This document shows, one piece after another, positions 12,195 to 25,575 of a DNA stretch of 64,000 bases; within the stretch, counting starts at the first letter, position 1, and each line of letters starts with the position of its first letter. A program made the translations under genes and the position numbers. The notes below the pieces were generated by a model. That model ran no database searches. It was not told the DNA's origin and saw only the letters and a program-made list of their open reading frames with translations. The stretch comes from Lingula anatina. Lineage: Eukaryota; Animalia; Brachiopoda. The stretch lies in the NCBI GenBank assembly GCA_051362555.1, contig CM120644.1, positions 12,980,567 through 13,044,566 of the forward strand, given 5' to 3'.

Positions 12195-13429
12195 TTTGCG
12201 CTGTACGTCTTCCTTCCGTTGAAAAATTACCTGCAAAAATATTATTTGCTTGACCGCTTCAAAAAATTGAGCACAAAAAAGAAAAAATAAATAAAGTGCG
12301 TGTATAAATGTCTTAGTAAATATTATACTTACATGAAAAAAAACCAACATTTTGTATCATGTTAGGCCAAGAGAATCGTAAAAGGGCACTATTTGTACAA
12401 CATTTGGATTTTCGATATTTTCCCTTTTGCCTGCCATGTGCTATTGGATAAAGTAAACCAAAGAGTAAGACCTTTAATTAAGAAAGGGTCTTTTTGTCGT
12501 TTGGTAACTGGTGATAAAGAAATTGACATTTGTTGTTACAAATATTTATTTTTAAGAGAACTAAATGTATCAAAATTGACTAATGCAAACATCTATCTCT
12601 GAAGGTAACTAGAACGCCAATATAGATTATATGTGTTACTTACAGTACTAGTTGCAATCCTTTGTATTTAACCCTTACCTCTGGTAAACCAATTTCTGAA
12701 ATTTCTGGTCTGGCTGGCAAATAAATACTTTTACACGTGCTAGTACATGTTTGCATGTAATGGGCACCTAGTTGTCAGAGCAGTGATAATGTGTCTCAGA
12801 TACATGTATTTTTGAATTTTATTGCTGTATCCAGACCGGTTCTTATTAAAAACGTTTTCATGTAGGTGTGTTCGCCACTTTTTTCCCATATAAAGCAACA
12901 TTATCACTTATGGTTGATCATTGGTAACATTGAACGAGCTAAATGGGGATTGTATGTGAGCGAACAGTAATCAAAATGACGTTTTTTTAAACAACAACAC
13001 GTGTAGGAAAAAATTGCATACTGCCCGAATTCAACACGTTGCCTTACGTATTTTGCCTGTATCTTGTAAGCGTTTTTAAATGCCCTAAAGTAGCATTTCA
13101 CCTTGTAAAGTTTTTTTTCTATCCCATTGCCGATCTTGAGGACAATATGAAAAGAACATTTAACAGTATTTATTGTGCACATTTTATAGATATTAAACAC
13201 CGTCTAAGTCTTGGCATTTTGCAAATCCATGTAAAAAAGTACACTCTTGCTACATATTGATGAACCTTTTGCAAATTAGGTATCTAATTTTTACTTCAAA
13301 GTTCTCGATTATTATTATCGATCCAATTTCAGTTTATTTCTGTACTGGTACATAGATTATCATGACCTTGTATAATATAATATACCAACGACAATACAAC
13401 TGGTGCATTACCATTTCTCTAATTGGTAA

Positions 13430-14880
13430 TTGTGTGGCCTACTTGTGAGTGAAATATTTATATATATTCATTATATATATAATAATTTTTTGGTGAGATA
13501 AACCTTGGTGTAGTTATAAATATACCACAAACATAAAAGCCAGATGCATATGGATACAATCACATGTTACACAAAAGGAGCAGCTCAAACTTTCAAGATA
13601 GGGAGAACTACAATTACATAAGAAATGGATACGTAAATAACAACGTTACACGGATATAGATAATGTGACTCTGAGTTACCATCATTTCTTTTCTTGAATG
13701 CTTTTATTATAAAATTGGAAAGGGAGACTAAACTATCTTTACTGGCGCTGTTCAATACTTGGCATAATTGACTGTCTGGTGACCTTGTATCAGCTTTTAC
13801 GGTTGACATTTTACTTAAAAGGGTGTCTCGGTCTGCTTTGTACATTGGGCATTGGAATAGAAAATGGTATTCATCTTCAATTACCACTTGGGTACAAAGG
13901 CGACAGATTCTGTCACACGTACCTTTCAGTTTTTGGCCTGGTGTGCTGTCCAGTTTCAATGTGGAGTTTGATTTTATGATCGCTAAGCAAGGGTTGATAG
14001 AGTGTCATAATTTGTTATTTTATAAACATAAGTTGCCCTTTCACATTTTAATTAAGTATACGGAAGAGAGACATTTTACTGTTGGCTTGAAGTTTGCTAT
14101 TGCATATTTGGGCATAGTGGTCGAATGTGAAAAGGAGTTTTCGGGTCACCTCAGACCATGGCATACAAGCCGGTCTGAGAGTGTGGACTGCAGATGGAAC
14201 ATAAGGTGTAAGTTACTTGTAACTATTTATCTCATGTATGTATGCTTGCTTCATTAAGTATAATCAGGCATTTGAATAATCTTACACCATAGCTTGATAG
14301 ATGCAGACTGTATTGTAGTATAGAGAGGAAGGCGGCCAAGTTCAGTGCACACACCATACTTTGATACATTTTGAAAGAGGCCAAGGATTTGTTTGCAAAT
14401 TTTTAGGTGTAATTTTTCTGTAGAGCAGTTATCGGTTGACACAAAGTAGTCCATATCTCTGAGCAGTATGTTAAGATTGGGGAAATGAGGATATCAAAAA
14501 ATTTCTCTTTCAAGGATGTGTTAACATTACTCTTAAGTGGAAGAGATTTAAACAGACTGAATTATGTCTTTGCAGCACGTTGCAGGAGGTTACTTTGGGT
14601 TTCTGTAAAGCTTCATGATCGGTTAAAAAGGAGACCTAGATACATGTATTTGTTGACCTATTGGATTTCAATGCGAGCATTTGATTTTGAGTTGAAAATT
14701 ACTATTTTAATTTTGGTGACATGAACACCCAGTCTCCACTTGTAACATAATTTTTCTACGATTTCCAAACTTTGCCAAAGTCCCTTGGGGTACTTGCATA
14801 TAAGGATGAGGTCATCAGCTTATAGTAAACCTTGGATTGCAGATATTCCATTTATAACCGGACTCGCAGCAGTTTCGCCA
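13430..14880 (-). mobile_element. Degenerate LINE (RT C-terminal part plus CCHC zinc knuckle)
   Basis: GLL*ADDLILI (YADD remnant) near 14820; EKLHLKICKQILG...ELGRLPL; RICRLC...IEDEYHFLFQCPMY. Absent from the paralogous 26190-26280 interval. Confidence 0.88.
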
Positions 14881-15519
14881 TTATCACAAAACCTTTGATA
14901 TTTTTGACTCGAGCAATGACCAATAAACAATTTTTTACATTACAAAAGTGGACCAGCCTCATTGAGTAATTAAAAAAATGGTTAGAATTGTCTACCCTGT
15001 ATAACAAAGCTTGAAAGAACGACAGACCACGTGTACAGTAATGACGTAGTTTCCGGAGGGCCAGTCAACAGCAGAATCCTTGATTCCTGGCCTAGGCCAA
15101 AAAGTCCTCACAAAATACTTTTGGGGTCCAACAGAAGAAGAAGAAGAAGAGCCGCTTAGAATGGCCCTGGAGCTCCATTGCCGTGAAATGCGTCATTGTT
15201 AAACAAGATGACTCCATTTTAACAGCATTAAAATATTGGTGATAAGAATAATGATATTAAGAATTAGAAGAAGAGAAATAGAGAAAAAATTACAGTAAAA
15301 TGAGAAAAGTTACAAGTTAAAATAACGTTTGTGTATTTTAATTCAATCAAAAACTGGTGAGAACAATGTGTTGTATCTTTATTGTTCCTGTCTTGGGGGA
15401 CACACAATATTAATAACAATGACAAGACTGGGATTCATTAAAAGCCGTTTATTTACACATCAACAAATTATGTTGAAATGGGACAATGATCACTCAATGC
15501 TTCTGTGGTCGTTTAATTC

Positions 15520-16125
15520 TGTCTATTTATTATTTTTACCTTTCTTGCTCTTTTAGACTTTTTTTCCTTTTTTACTCTTTTAACTCTTGTTACTTTTCTT
15601 CGGTTCATCGCGACTACATCGACATAGAGAAGCTTAGTGGTTGTAGTGACGCTGTCACACGCCGTGTGAGCGTCGCAAGAGTTCGGACAATGGCAAATCA
15701 AGTCTGTGCGGCAATTGGACTCAATGGGGCTGTCTGTAATCACTTTCTAGCTTGCTTACTCGTCTTAACCTGTTGGGGCGTTGGATTGCAATCAAGCGAA
15801 CTCATGTAGGCTGCTGCGGCACCGGCAACAAAGGCACTCGCCATGGATGTGCCGGAGATCCGGGCTCTTGATCATGTCACCCGGTGCCCATAGAAATATT
15901 TCCTCTCCGTAATTTGAGAAGGTCTCCTATTTGCGAAGCAGCAACAGAACCGGCCTGTGCCGCACTGGCGGGAGAAACATAGCGCCTTGGCTCGTTTGCA
16001 TTTCCGGCTAATACCATAATTTCGTAATTTGCTAAATTGTCCACTGCCCAATTCAAGGCTTCATTCCAAAGAGAAACTACCGACAGCACTAGAAGAGATT
16101 TTCTTATGTATGTAAGGATTTCTAA
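15520..16125 (-). pseudogene. Truncated S8A protease pseudogene (3' part of last exon)
   Basis: Paralog of 26799-27460 with several internal deletions and frameshifts. Retains SGTSMASAFVAG-encoding DNA and a basic tail remnant; 5' part lost next to a LINE fragment. Confidence 0.9.
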
Positions 16126-16269
16126 CCCCCAAAAATGTTTTTTTTTATTATTCTGTACTCATAGCATCAGTTTTATATATATAAATTGAAGTTTGATGCT
16201 TTATACCCCACTTATACATGTACTATGGGTTACCTTGACTAGATGTTTATTTCACTGTGTATAAGGCCT

Positions 16270-17150
16270 CCGGCCTTTTAACAATAAGTTGATGATCATT
16301 CGTTTCTATAATTGCGCATTACATAGAATATCTCCTCGTCCATTTCTAATAACGACTCTCTTCTTTTCTGCTTTTTAAAAATAATTCGCAACTTTTCTTA
16401 AAACTCTCTAATTTTTTATTTCACCAATATGATAAATATTTCATGTGAACCCAATTCCCAATTACAAATATCCGATAAGAAATTATTTCTTAGGTCGCTA
16501 TATAGAGGGCAGTCTAACAAGAAGTGCCTTTCGCACTCGACCACCACCCAATTACATTACTGACACATTTTCTGATACCGAAACTTACCCCTAACTGTGT
16601 CTACCTTTTTCAATATCAACTTGATGATTTGAACATCTAAATCGTGCTTAAACTGATATACAACTAGCTTTATCAAATACTGCAACGTATGGTTCATCTA
16701 GTTTCATATTTTTAAACATTTCGTTACACCGTGACTGGAAGTCAAATCCATTCACCTTTGATTAAATTCCTTTATAAATGAACTTGCATCCCCCACTCCC
16801 TGGTTAATCCAGGCTACTCCAAAACCATACCCATATAACAGTGTATTTACTTGTATTGCCAGCAATTCTTATCGTTTTCGTAACACGCTTTAATAAACCC
16901 ATTTTCAGGTGCTTTCATAAGCTTGAGCCAGTACTAAATTATCTTCACCAAACGCCCAACCTTTAAAGTTTTTCTTCCTAATTTACCCCTTGTCGCTACG
17001 TAAGACGCATTTCTTCCCAATTACAATAAACATTTGTGAAATTTCTACTGTTCAATTTCCCCATCTTGCCCAGGAAGTAAGCCCCATACCTCTGCCCCAT
17101 AGCTTAAAATAGAAACTATCTTTGCATGAAAAATATAAGAAATATTTCAT
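16270..17150 (-). mobile_element. Degenerate LINE 3' fragment
   Basis: Minus-strand translations ILSYGAEVWG (about 17100) and ECERHFLLDCPLYSDLR (about 16510). Confidence 0.75.
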
Positions 17151-17580
17151 CGTAATTTTTGCAAATACAAACATATTAATGGATGAAAGAAAAAATGTTA
17201 CTTCTGAAAGAGAGAGGGAGATAGAATTGTGTGGGGAGGTCCTCTTCTGATGTTGAAGAAATATTTCATATATTCTGTTCAGTCGTATTCCACGTGATAC
17301 CTACATTACCAGATGACAAGCGCTAACGACAAGCCTTAAATAATTGAAATAAAGAGAAAAAAAGGCACTGTGCGGTGAATTTCACAGCTTTGGCCAGCGC
17401 CTATCACTGCAAGTCCACATACCGTGAATGATAAAATAATTCATGAAAATACATCTGTACAGCTCTAATTATTCAGTTGCTAGTTGTACTCCTGTCTTTT
17501 AAACTATAAGGTTGTCACTTCTTTTCCATTGTTAACTATAATTTCCACCATCACTCAGTTGCTCTGGAATTGCTGAAGAC

Positions 17581-20500
17581 TTAGCAATGTGGATATATGC
17601 CCGATAATAGATTTTTGAAATCATTTTTGCAAACTTCTAAACGTAAACGCTTACATTTGCCGAGTGCCGAGATTGCTTGACGGTAAAGCGATACCTCCCG
17701 ATTGAAGTCCGACCCTTGCAACATAACAGTGTTTCGTAACTTTGTCAAAAAGTGGCTATATAACTGATAGTCAGCTTTGCTCCATAGCCTATGTTTCTTC
17801 ACAGCAATTTCGTCTTTCACATTTTTGTATTCATATTCCCGTTTGTTAGTAACCACATATAAGACGTCGTCCATGCCCCAACACAGCAAGCGGCGTAGTA
17901 GGACCAAGCTTTCATCCAACATTTCCAAGACAATTACAAAATCGAACTTCTTGTCCAAGAAATCAATGTACTCGGCAATGAATCTGTCGTTGTTCCTAAG
18001 ATCATTTCTATCGTCTGGGAACCCAAACGCATACATCATGGCGTTTCTCAAGAAGCCTACATGGGTTGTGACATAGTCGTCGGTCCAATACCTGTACGGA
18101 TTTTTCATAAATTCCACGACAGGGTTCGTTGAGTTTTTTAAATTGAATTTACTTGAAATACGATAAAAATTGAACGCGCTTTGAAACTGGGAAAATGGTT
18201 CGCGAACTATACCAATATAAAACGTATCATTCGGCATCATGGTTTCTATTACTCTTGAGTCAAAAATCATGTGATTGAAAATTATATCATAGGTTACATT
18301 CGGGTTATAGTTGGCGTCGTTTATGGTTATTTTCCTTCGGTTGATATCGAACTTAGATTTCCATGGGTAAAAGAATACTTTCTTCTTCGGAGAAAGAGGT
18401 TTTAACTTATATTTAAGAGTAGCCAGTTTTAAAATTTTTGCCATTGTAGTTGAGCCGCATTTGTGCACTTTTAGAAACATAATATGTCGGGTAGGCTGGC
18501 ACTGTCCCTCTGGTAGGCATTTTATGGGAGGTACGTTGTAGACAGACTGAAACAGTGGATCTTGAATGTTCCTATTTACACCTGAAAACAAAAATAAATA
18601 AATTAATAAATAAATAAATAAACGCTTATGTGTTACTTAATAGAAGGGGGGGTCCATAATTCCAAAAATATGTCAAAACCAGCTAAAAAGTTCCTTACAC
18701 ACCTAAAAACAATATTTCAAATGTTCTTTTTGAAAGATCATTGATAACTCAGCTGCTACTTGCAATTTATGATTACGCGATTTTTAGCATTTTAAATAGC
18801 GCGATTTTCACGATTTTCTGCTGTTTCGGGACTGTCTTCCTACAACATGAATGAAAGTTATATAGCCCTGACAAGTTATTTCAAACTCACCAAAGCCAAA
18901 TGGATGTTTTTTTATTTCGTTTTTAAGGGATTTGTGTAAAAAGTTTATTTGAAAGGTAGCTAAATACTCAAAATCATGGCGGCATTGACTCCCTATACCA
19001 ATAACATCATCATGGTAATTCATTATTCAAAGTTTTGATGACATGTGTCCTTTTAGATTTCTCATGATTTCATTATCTTTTTTGGGTATCTATACTGTAT
19101 TGCTGAATAACTAGCTAGACAATGATGGAATCTAGCTTGTCTTGTAAGAGATGCTCTGGAATAGTCGCTGCTGTTGTAGCAATCATTGGCATTCAATTAG
19201 TTACACCGTTTCATACCATAACAATATACAAGGGTGCAACACAGCAAATTGAAAGAAAAGTTTCAATCATTACATCTAGAGCTGAGTAGAAATAAGCTAA
19301 ATTAGAATTTCTTTGAGCTATATGCTCCTGAGTTTTCATGTTTCAACCAAGAAGTGAAAGATAACTTTGGCCTACATGTAGTTGAGAGTGTGGAACGATT
19401 TGCTAGTGCACATCTGAGTGAGTGCATAGCTTTAACAAAGAAGATATTACCAGAAATGGCAAAAGTTCTGGCTATGCAACACCGAAAATACTATGGATTT
19501 GGTGAATATCCAGTTGAATATCCTGTGTTTCATCAGTGTGAAAACATAGATGAGACCCCTGTCCACAACCTTCAAATGGAACGGCAGTGTGGTGACACGG
19601 ACCAAAGATTGAGGGAGAAATCAAAACTAGAGGCTGTGGCTCGAGGGACTGTGATAAAAACCAGGGGCGGATTTAGACGGTGTTCTGGGTCTTCCGGAAG
19701 ACGGTCAGATTTTCAAGTTTACATTGACTGGTATCTAATTATTTTCTGTTGGAAGACGGTCGAAAATGGTGGATGGATCAACAAAGATAATTTGGAAGAC
19801 TGTCAGAAAATATCTCTGGATCCGCCCCTAAAAATTAAGGAAAACTGTTTCTACTGAACACCGATGTAAGATGAAAATCCCCGAGTCAAAATTTCATAAT
19901 GAAAATCTGACTCCCCATGAAACTTCGACTACCCCTCCCCTACAAACCTTTATAAATATTATTTTATTTGAGTATATGACTTCTACAACCCAAAGACTCC
20001 CTTATGAAAAAGCTATTTATTTGATATTTGATAATCATTTCAGAATCTTTACTTTAAGTATATTTAATTAAGAATATATTGGAAATATTAGAAAGTTTGA
20101 TTGTAAAATATTGGGTGAAAAAAATTGAAAAAAAAAAAATCTTGAAAAATCTCCATTTTCATATCCATGGTGTTTGGGCTCCCATGAAGAAAAAGTCTTC
20201 CACATAGTTTGCATTGTGACGTATATTTTGTTAGTACTTGAAAGTTTGGTGGTAAAAAAAAAATGGTGAAAATTGAAATGATCACCAAATATCAAATAAA
20301 CAGCTTTTCCATAGGGGATTTATTGTTTGGTAGAATACACATTTTTCATTGCCTTCTATTCTCATGAAAACTTTCACCTGCAAACTAGCAAAAAGTGCCA
20401 ATGTATCCTCTATTATGCATACTACAAGATAAAAGTCATATACTCAAATAAAATAAGATTTATAAAGTTCTGTAGGGGGAGTTAAAATTTCATGGGGGGG

Positions 20501-22179
20501 AGGCACATACGCCAGAGACACATCCTTATCACTTCCAAAATGTAGTCCTGTCTTCAGGATATTCAATACTGAAGCAGGGAAGAGAAGGATGTAAACTCCA
20601 GAACAGTTTGGAATGAACTTGAAAAAGATCCACTTAACTGACTTAAGCGTCCAAAAAGCATTGAAGTCTTAGTGAATTGAATTCTTATTGAATATTCCTG
20701 TCTTTTTGAACTTATTATGAACCATTATCTAGGTTTAGAACATTTAGTTTAGTTTTCATATGGATTTTAGGCCGTCTTTATGTCAGAATTGTCAGTCACA
20801 ATAAAATGTGTGTTTAAATGTAAGCATAAACATTGACATGAAAAACCATCATATCTTACAAAATACAGAGTTTAAGTATTTTTAACGTTTTTTCTCCAAA
20901 ATACTAAAACCCAAGTAGCAGCTCTGATAATAGAGATAGACTGATTTGATTTTTTGTAGTTTGTTTTTAAGATGTAAAAGTATCTTTTTAGGTGGTTTTG
21001 ACATGGTTTTGGGGAAAAAGGTTATCTAAGGATCCCCCCTATTAATACTTCAAGTCACATATCAAAAATGTATTTACAGTATACTGCAATTTCACAGTTT
21101 AAAAAAGCTGCAAGCTGTCTAGTTGTGGCCTTATTTGCTGAAGGGAATCGTCTGAAAATATTTTCGTGTTTTTTTTTCTTATTATTATTTTTGATGATTC
21201 ATATTTTTTTTGGGGACTGAACGGTTTGTAATATCATATACTCCATGGGTAACTAACTGAAGTTTGAAATGAACCCGTATTGCTTAAACTAACATGGTGT
21301 GACAAATTATTGTTTAATGAACATAAACTTACTATCCAAATGCCTCCCTGTTAATGTAATATTAATTCACAATTTAAGCTGGCTGCAAAAGACATATTCT
21401 CTTCCAGAAGGGAGCCTCGATTTGGTATTCAACAGACGTAAATTGTGTCACTGGGTTGGTGCAAAAAAAAAAAAAAACGAGGCATAAATAACATACGGTC
21501 CATATCTTTCAATCGAAACTGACAACTAGCTCTGTATACTCCAAAAGAATGCACAACATGGATACAAGAATACCAATGAAATAACAGACATTTTTGCTCT
21601 TTGAATAATAATTATTATGATCACTACAGACAAACGGGGGGGGGGGGGGGGAGGGGGCGGGACCCCACGCCAAGTTGAGGAGGGGGGGGGAGAGTCGGCA
21701 TCGCAAACGCGGACGCCCCCCCCCCCCTCTATTTAATCCTGGATCCGCGCCTGTATGTTGGAGTCGACAACTGTATCACACAGCGCATGACACACTTTTT
21801 AAGTGCACTGCTACATAAGTAAGATCTGGTGGAGTTTTGAGAAAAAGTAAACAAAATCAACGTTTTTCCATCGCTACAAAATACATATCTCTTCAGACAG
21901 TTTTGGCATTCACTAGTGTCATCAATGGAATATCAAATGTGATTAGATTTAATTGCGTTTGATATGATAACAGTCAAAATAAGACTTACACGTAAAAATA
22001 AAATTAATGCACGATACAAAAAAAAATTGAATTGTCTTACCTTCAAAGTCACTTTGAAGTGGAGGTGGTGGTAATTGATTAAGAGGCAAGGTATGGATTC
22101 TCATAAGACGTGGAAACAAATATACAGCAGAGCATAGGAAGCAAATTACCAGAGCGAGTAAAAATGTCCGCACTGACAT
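17581..22179 (-). CDS. Galactose-3-O-sulfotransferase family protein, copy 3 (diverged paralog, 379 aa)
   Basis: Exon 1 22179-22041 (donor G|GTAAGA), exon 2 18581-17581. Exon lengths equal those of copies 1 and 2 (139+1001 nt) and the motifs are intact. The intron is enlarged by a transposon. Confidence 0.9.
18641..21041. mobile_element. Intronic DNA transposon with TAG...CTA termini and TTAA duplication (Academ-like or unclassified)
   Basis: The empty site is visible in copies 1 and 2 (GTTACTGAATACTTCAAG). Imperfect TIRs include ATGTCAAAACCA.CTAAAAAG. An internal ORF remnant 19354-19660 (PVHNLQMERQCGD) is cut by a small GGGGCGGAT...ATCCGCCCC MITE at 19662-19830. Confidence 0.75.
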
Positions 22180-23429
22180 GGCCAAGATTAACTGATGCAG
22201 TACAAGAGCATTTGATCACACAATCTGCAGCCTTCACGTTTAGAGCCAGACTTTATAAACCTCATAAAATCCTGTATCCACGTACCTGCGATGACACGGA
22301 TAAAAAATAATAAATAAATCACATTATTTATGTTCAGTGCTCTATATGATTATATGATAGTTGCTTCATAAAGTCTTTACGAAAACTGTTCTGTGCCATT
22401 TTTTTCCAACACGGGTATTCAATTTTACATCAATCTCAATGCGGGTTTTTGCTTGGCATGATAAATTTTGACAGCGCTCCCCGCACGAACGAGCAGTAGA
22501 TATTTCAGCACAGTAGACTTGCTGCAATCACACTGTAACCATGCCTCAAAACTGCTTCGATTTAAGATGCGGAAGAGGTGTATACTCCCCAGAAGTAGCA
22601 TTCTACTGTAACCATGCATGCTTTAAAAGTAATTTATCAGTAGAAATGAGGCGTAAAGTATAATTACCTAACCTCCAGGTAAATGTGGGGAAAACAGTGA
22701 ACAGCTGGTCTTATACTTCTACATTAGTGTGGTAATGACAAATTGCCCTGCGTACGCACCTTGCACATTAAATGCAAGAGTAGTACATTAACAGCATTAA
22801 ACATAATGATACTCCAAATATGATGATGATGATGATGATTTTTCAAAAAGAAAAAACGAAGAAAGAGAGAAATTATAGTAAAATGCAGACGGGAGGAAAG
22901 CTAAGCATGGTAAGTCACTAACCATGCAGCAATCTCTAAATTAGGCAGCAGTCTGTAAACAGACCAAGTTTTCAAATCAAGATGGGTAAAACAAGGTGAG
23001 CAACCGACAAAAAAAAAAATATTTAAGATAATTCATTGCATTTATGTAGAAAATTTGTTTATAGTGGTTGTAAGGATTTGCTTGTATACAACAACGTTGT
23101 GTTCATAGGAAAAAATCTTAGTTTGGGGCTTGTGTCTGCACATTTTGACCTTTAGGTAGTTGACCAAGGCACGGGGTATTGCAGTTTCTCAGCTGCTGTG
23201 TATCTAGGCACAGACATTAAACTGTTATGATCATTTTTTTTGTCAGCTATTTCTATCATGTTACATACATCAGTAAGAAATCATTAGCCGTGTTGCTTCC
23301 TGTTCTCCCCTTCTTTCTTCTTCTTTCTCCCTTCTTTTCTGCTCTCTAAGCTTCTTTCTCTTGCCTTTTGTAGGCATATTGGAAGCTGAATTAAGCAAAA
23401 CGATTAATTTTTGAAAATTGTTATACAGG

Positions 23430-23875
23430 TTGCACAATCGTCGTTAATTGTCGAGACAAGAGCGTGCGTCGTGAGCACACCTTTTATACTCCTGGCGTAG
23501 GGGTTACGCACGTGCGACGAACTTCCGCCGTGCTTTCGACTTTCGACTAGTTGTGAGGGCGTGAGCCGTAATCAACATGCAAAGGGCACTTGCTATTTCA
23601 TTGCTTGCGACGTGCGTCTCGGACCACGGACGTCTCACTTGCGAACTCTTCGCGATCTCCTTGCGAGTGGAGTAAGTCACTTTTTGCGGCCTCGCTGTTC
23701 GCAGATTATTCGTAGAATCTTTTGGACATGTCAAACATCATCCGTACGTGCATACGGTCTGTTTGCGAACTCCAAATTTCGCAAGAGGGACTTGCGTTGC
23801 ACGTGAGATTTTGCGCAATATTTGCACGCAAACAGGCCATAAGAGCCCGTACGGCCGGTTGTGACCGAGGCTTTA
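23430..23875. mobile_element. Partial Harbinger-like MITE
   Basis: CpG-rich island ending TGTGACCGAGGCT-TTA; no left TIR found. Confidence 0.35.
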
Positions 23876-24355
23876 CGATGTCAAAAAAAAAAAATGTACG
23901 GAAAATCGTATACGATTTCATTGCATGGGGCCCGTGACAAATGTTATCTAGGCTTTAGACTGCCGCTTATTGGTATTATTTGAAAACATCTAAAATTCAC
24001 TTCTGAGGACATAATTGAAAAGTACTAAGTAAGATAGGTTTTTAAACACTCAGTTTTCAGTACTTTTATTTTACTATTTTACCAAGTAAAACTGTATAAC
24101 TAGTTTCTTGTTTCCTAACTACTTCAAAGATGTTGGTCTTATTCTGAAATCGCTATAGCCTTGCAGTAAAATGAAATCCAACCGAAAGATAAAACTCTAT
24201 GACTGAATACATTAAATTTAACTTTAAAGCTTGTTCCCAGGAATATCCCTGTGTAATAGTGAAAATTGACGCGTTGTAAATTTCCGTAGTTTGAAAAACC
24301 ATGTTGTTCCTCTTCAAAATGTACACGTAGCTGTATCCAAGTAACTCGTGGATGT

Positions 24356-24824
24356 TCAAGCAACTGGATGAACGATTCCATAACCAAGTACATGGCAACA
24401 CGATGGCAAGAATGGGGGGCTATGGCAACAGTTTCTACGCACACGCTTCAATGGCCTCCGCAACATCGCGCCTTCTTCATTGTTTGGTAGCACTCTAATT
24501 GAAAGTATGAATATGAAAAGCTTATTGACACCATCTACCCTCTTATTCTGTATCCAAACTTGGAATTTCTTTTTTTTTTTTTTTTTTTGAGTGTAGAACA
24601 GTTTCATTAGCTACAGTATGTTATTGTAATAGATGCTTTAAGTAGCGATAGACCAAAAGAATCTTCACAAGTGATTTTTTTTTCACTTTTGCGTCAATCT
24701 AACACCTTGAGATAGTATAAATTATAAATTATTCTAAATTTAGATACCTTTCAACCGCTGCACTTTCTACGGCCACAGTAAGAAAGGCCAAAAAGACCAC
24801 CAGAAGTAAAGCATATGTCTTCAT
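24356..24824 (-). CDS. Secreted Cys-rich prepropeptide B (71 aa): MKTYALLLVVFLAFLTVAVESAAVERVLPNNEEGAMLRRPLKRVRR-NCCHSPPFLPSCCHVLGYGIVHPVA
   Basis: Signal exon 24824-24748 plus exon 24494-24356, with the same splice sites and phase as peptide A. AATAAA near 24065-24070. Confidence 0.82.
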
Positions 24825-25062
24825 TTTGCGCTGCACGTCTTGCTATCGTTGAAATGTGACCTGCAAGAACACTTTAAAAATATGTGCGCAGAAAAAGAAA
24901 AAAAACTTCCAACCGCTGCACTTTCTACGGCCACAGTAAGAAAGGCCAAAAAGACCACCAGAAGTAAAGCATATGTCTTCATTTTGCACTGCACGTCTTG
25001 CCATCGTTGAAATGTGACCTGCAAGAACACTTTAAAAATATGTGCGCAGAAAAAGAAAAAAA
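24750..25062. repeat. 158-bp tandem duplication of the signal-peptide exon of peptide B
   Basis: ATGs at 24824 and 24982. The transcriptionally upstream copy keeps its acceptor but has lost the GT donor. Confidence 0.9.
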
Positions 25063-25252
25063 AATGTATGTTAAAATGCCTTAGTAAATTCAAGACTTAC
25101 AGGAAAAATAACATTTTGTACTTATGTTAGACCAAGAGAATCCTAAAAAGGCACTATATTTGTACTACAATATATTATTAGATATTTTCCCTTTTGCCTG
25201 CCATGTGTCATTGAATGTGGTAAGCCGATGAGTAAGACCTTTAATTAAAAAA

Positions 25253-25283
<31 letters not shown>

Positions 25284-25544
25284 GTCTTTTGGATTCTGTG
25301 GAAAAGAAATTGACATTCGATATTACAAACATTTATTTTTTACCAGAACTAAATGCACCAAACGTGACTTATATTAAAATCTATCTTTAAGGGTAAGGTA
25401 AAGCCCATATAGATTATATTTGTTACTTACAGTACTAGTTGCTATGCCTTGTATTTCACCCTTAGCTTTGGTAAACTTATGTCTGCTCTGGCTGGCACAT
25501 AAATAGAATACTTTTACACGTGCTGGGACATATATATACATGTA

Positions 25545-25575
<31 letters not shown>

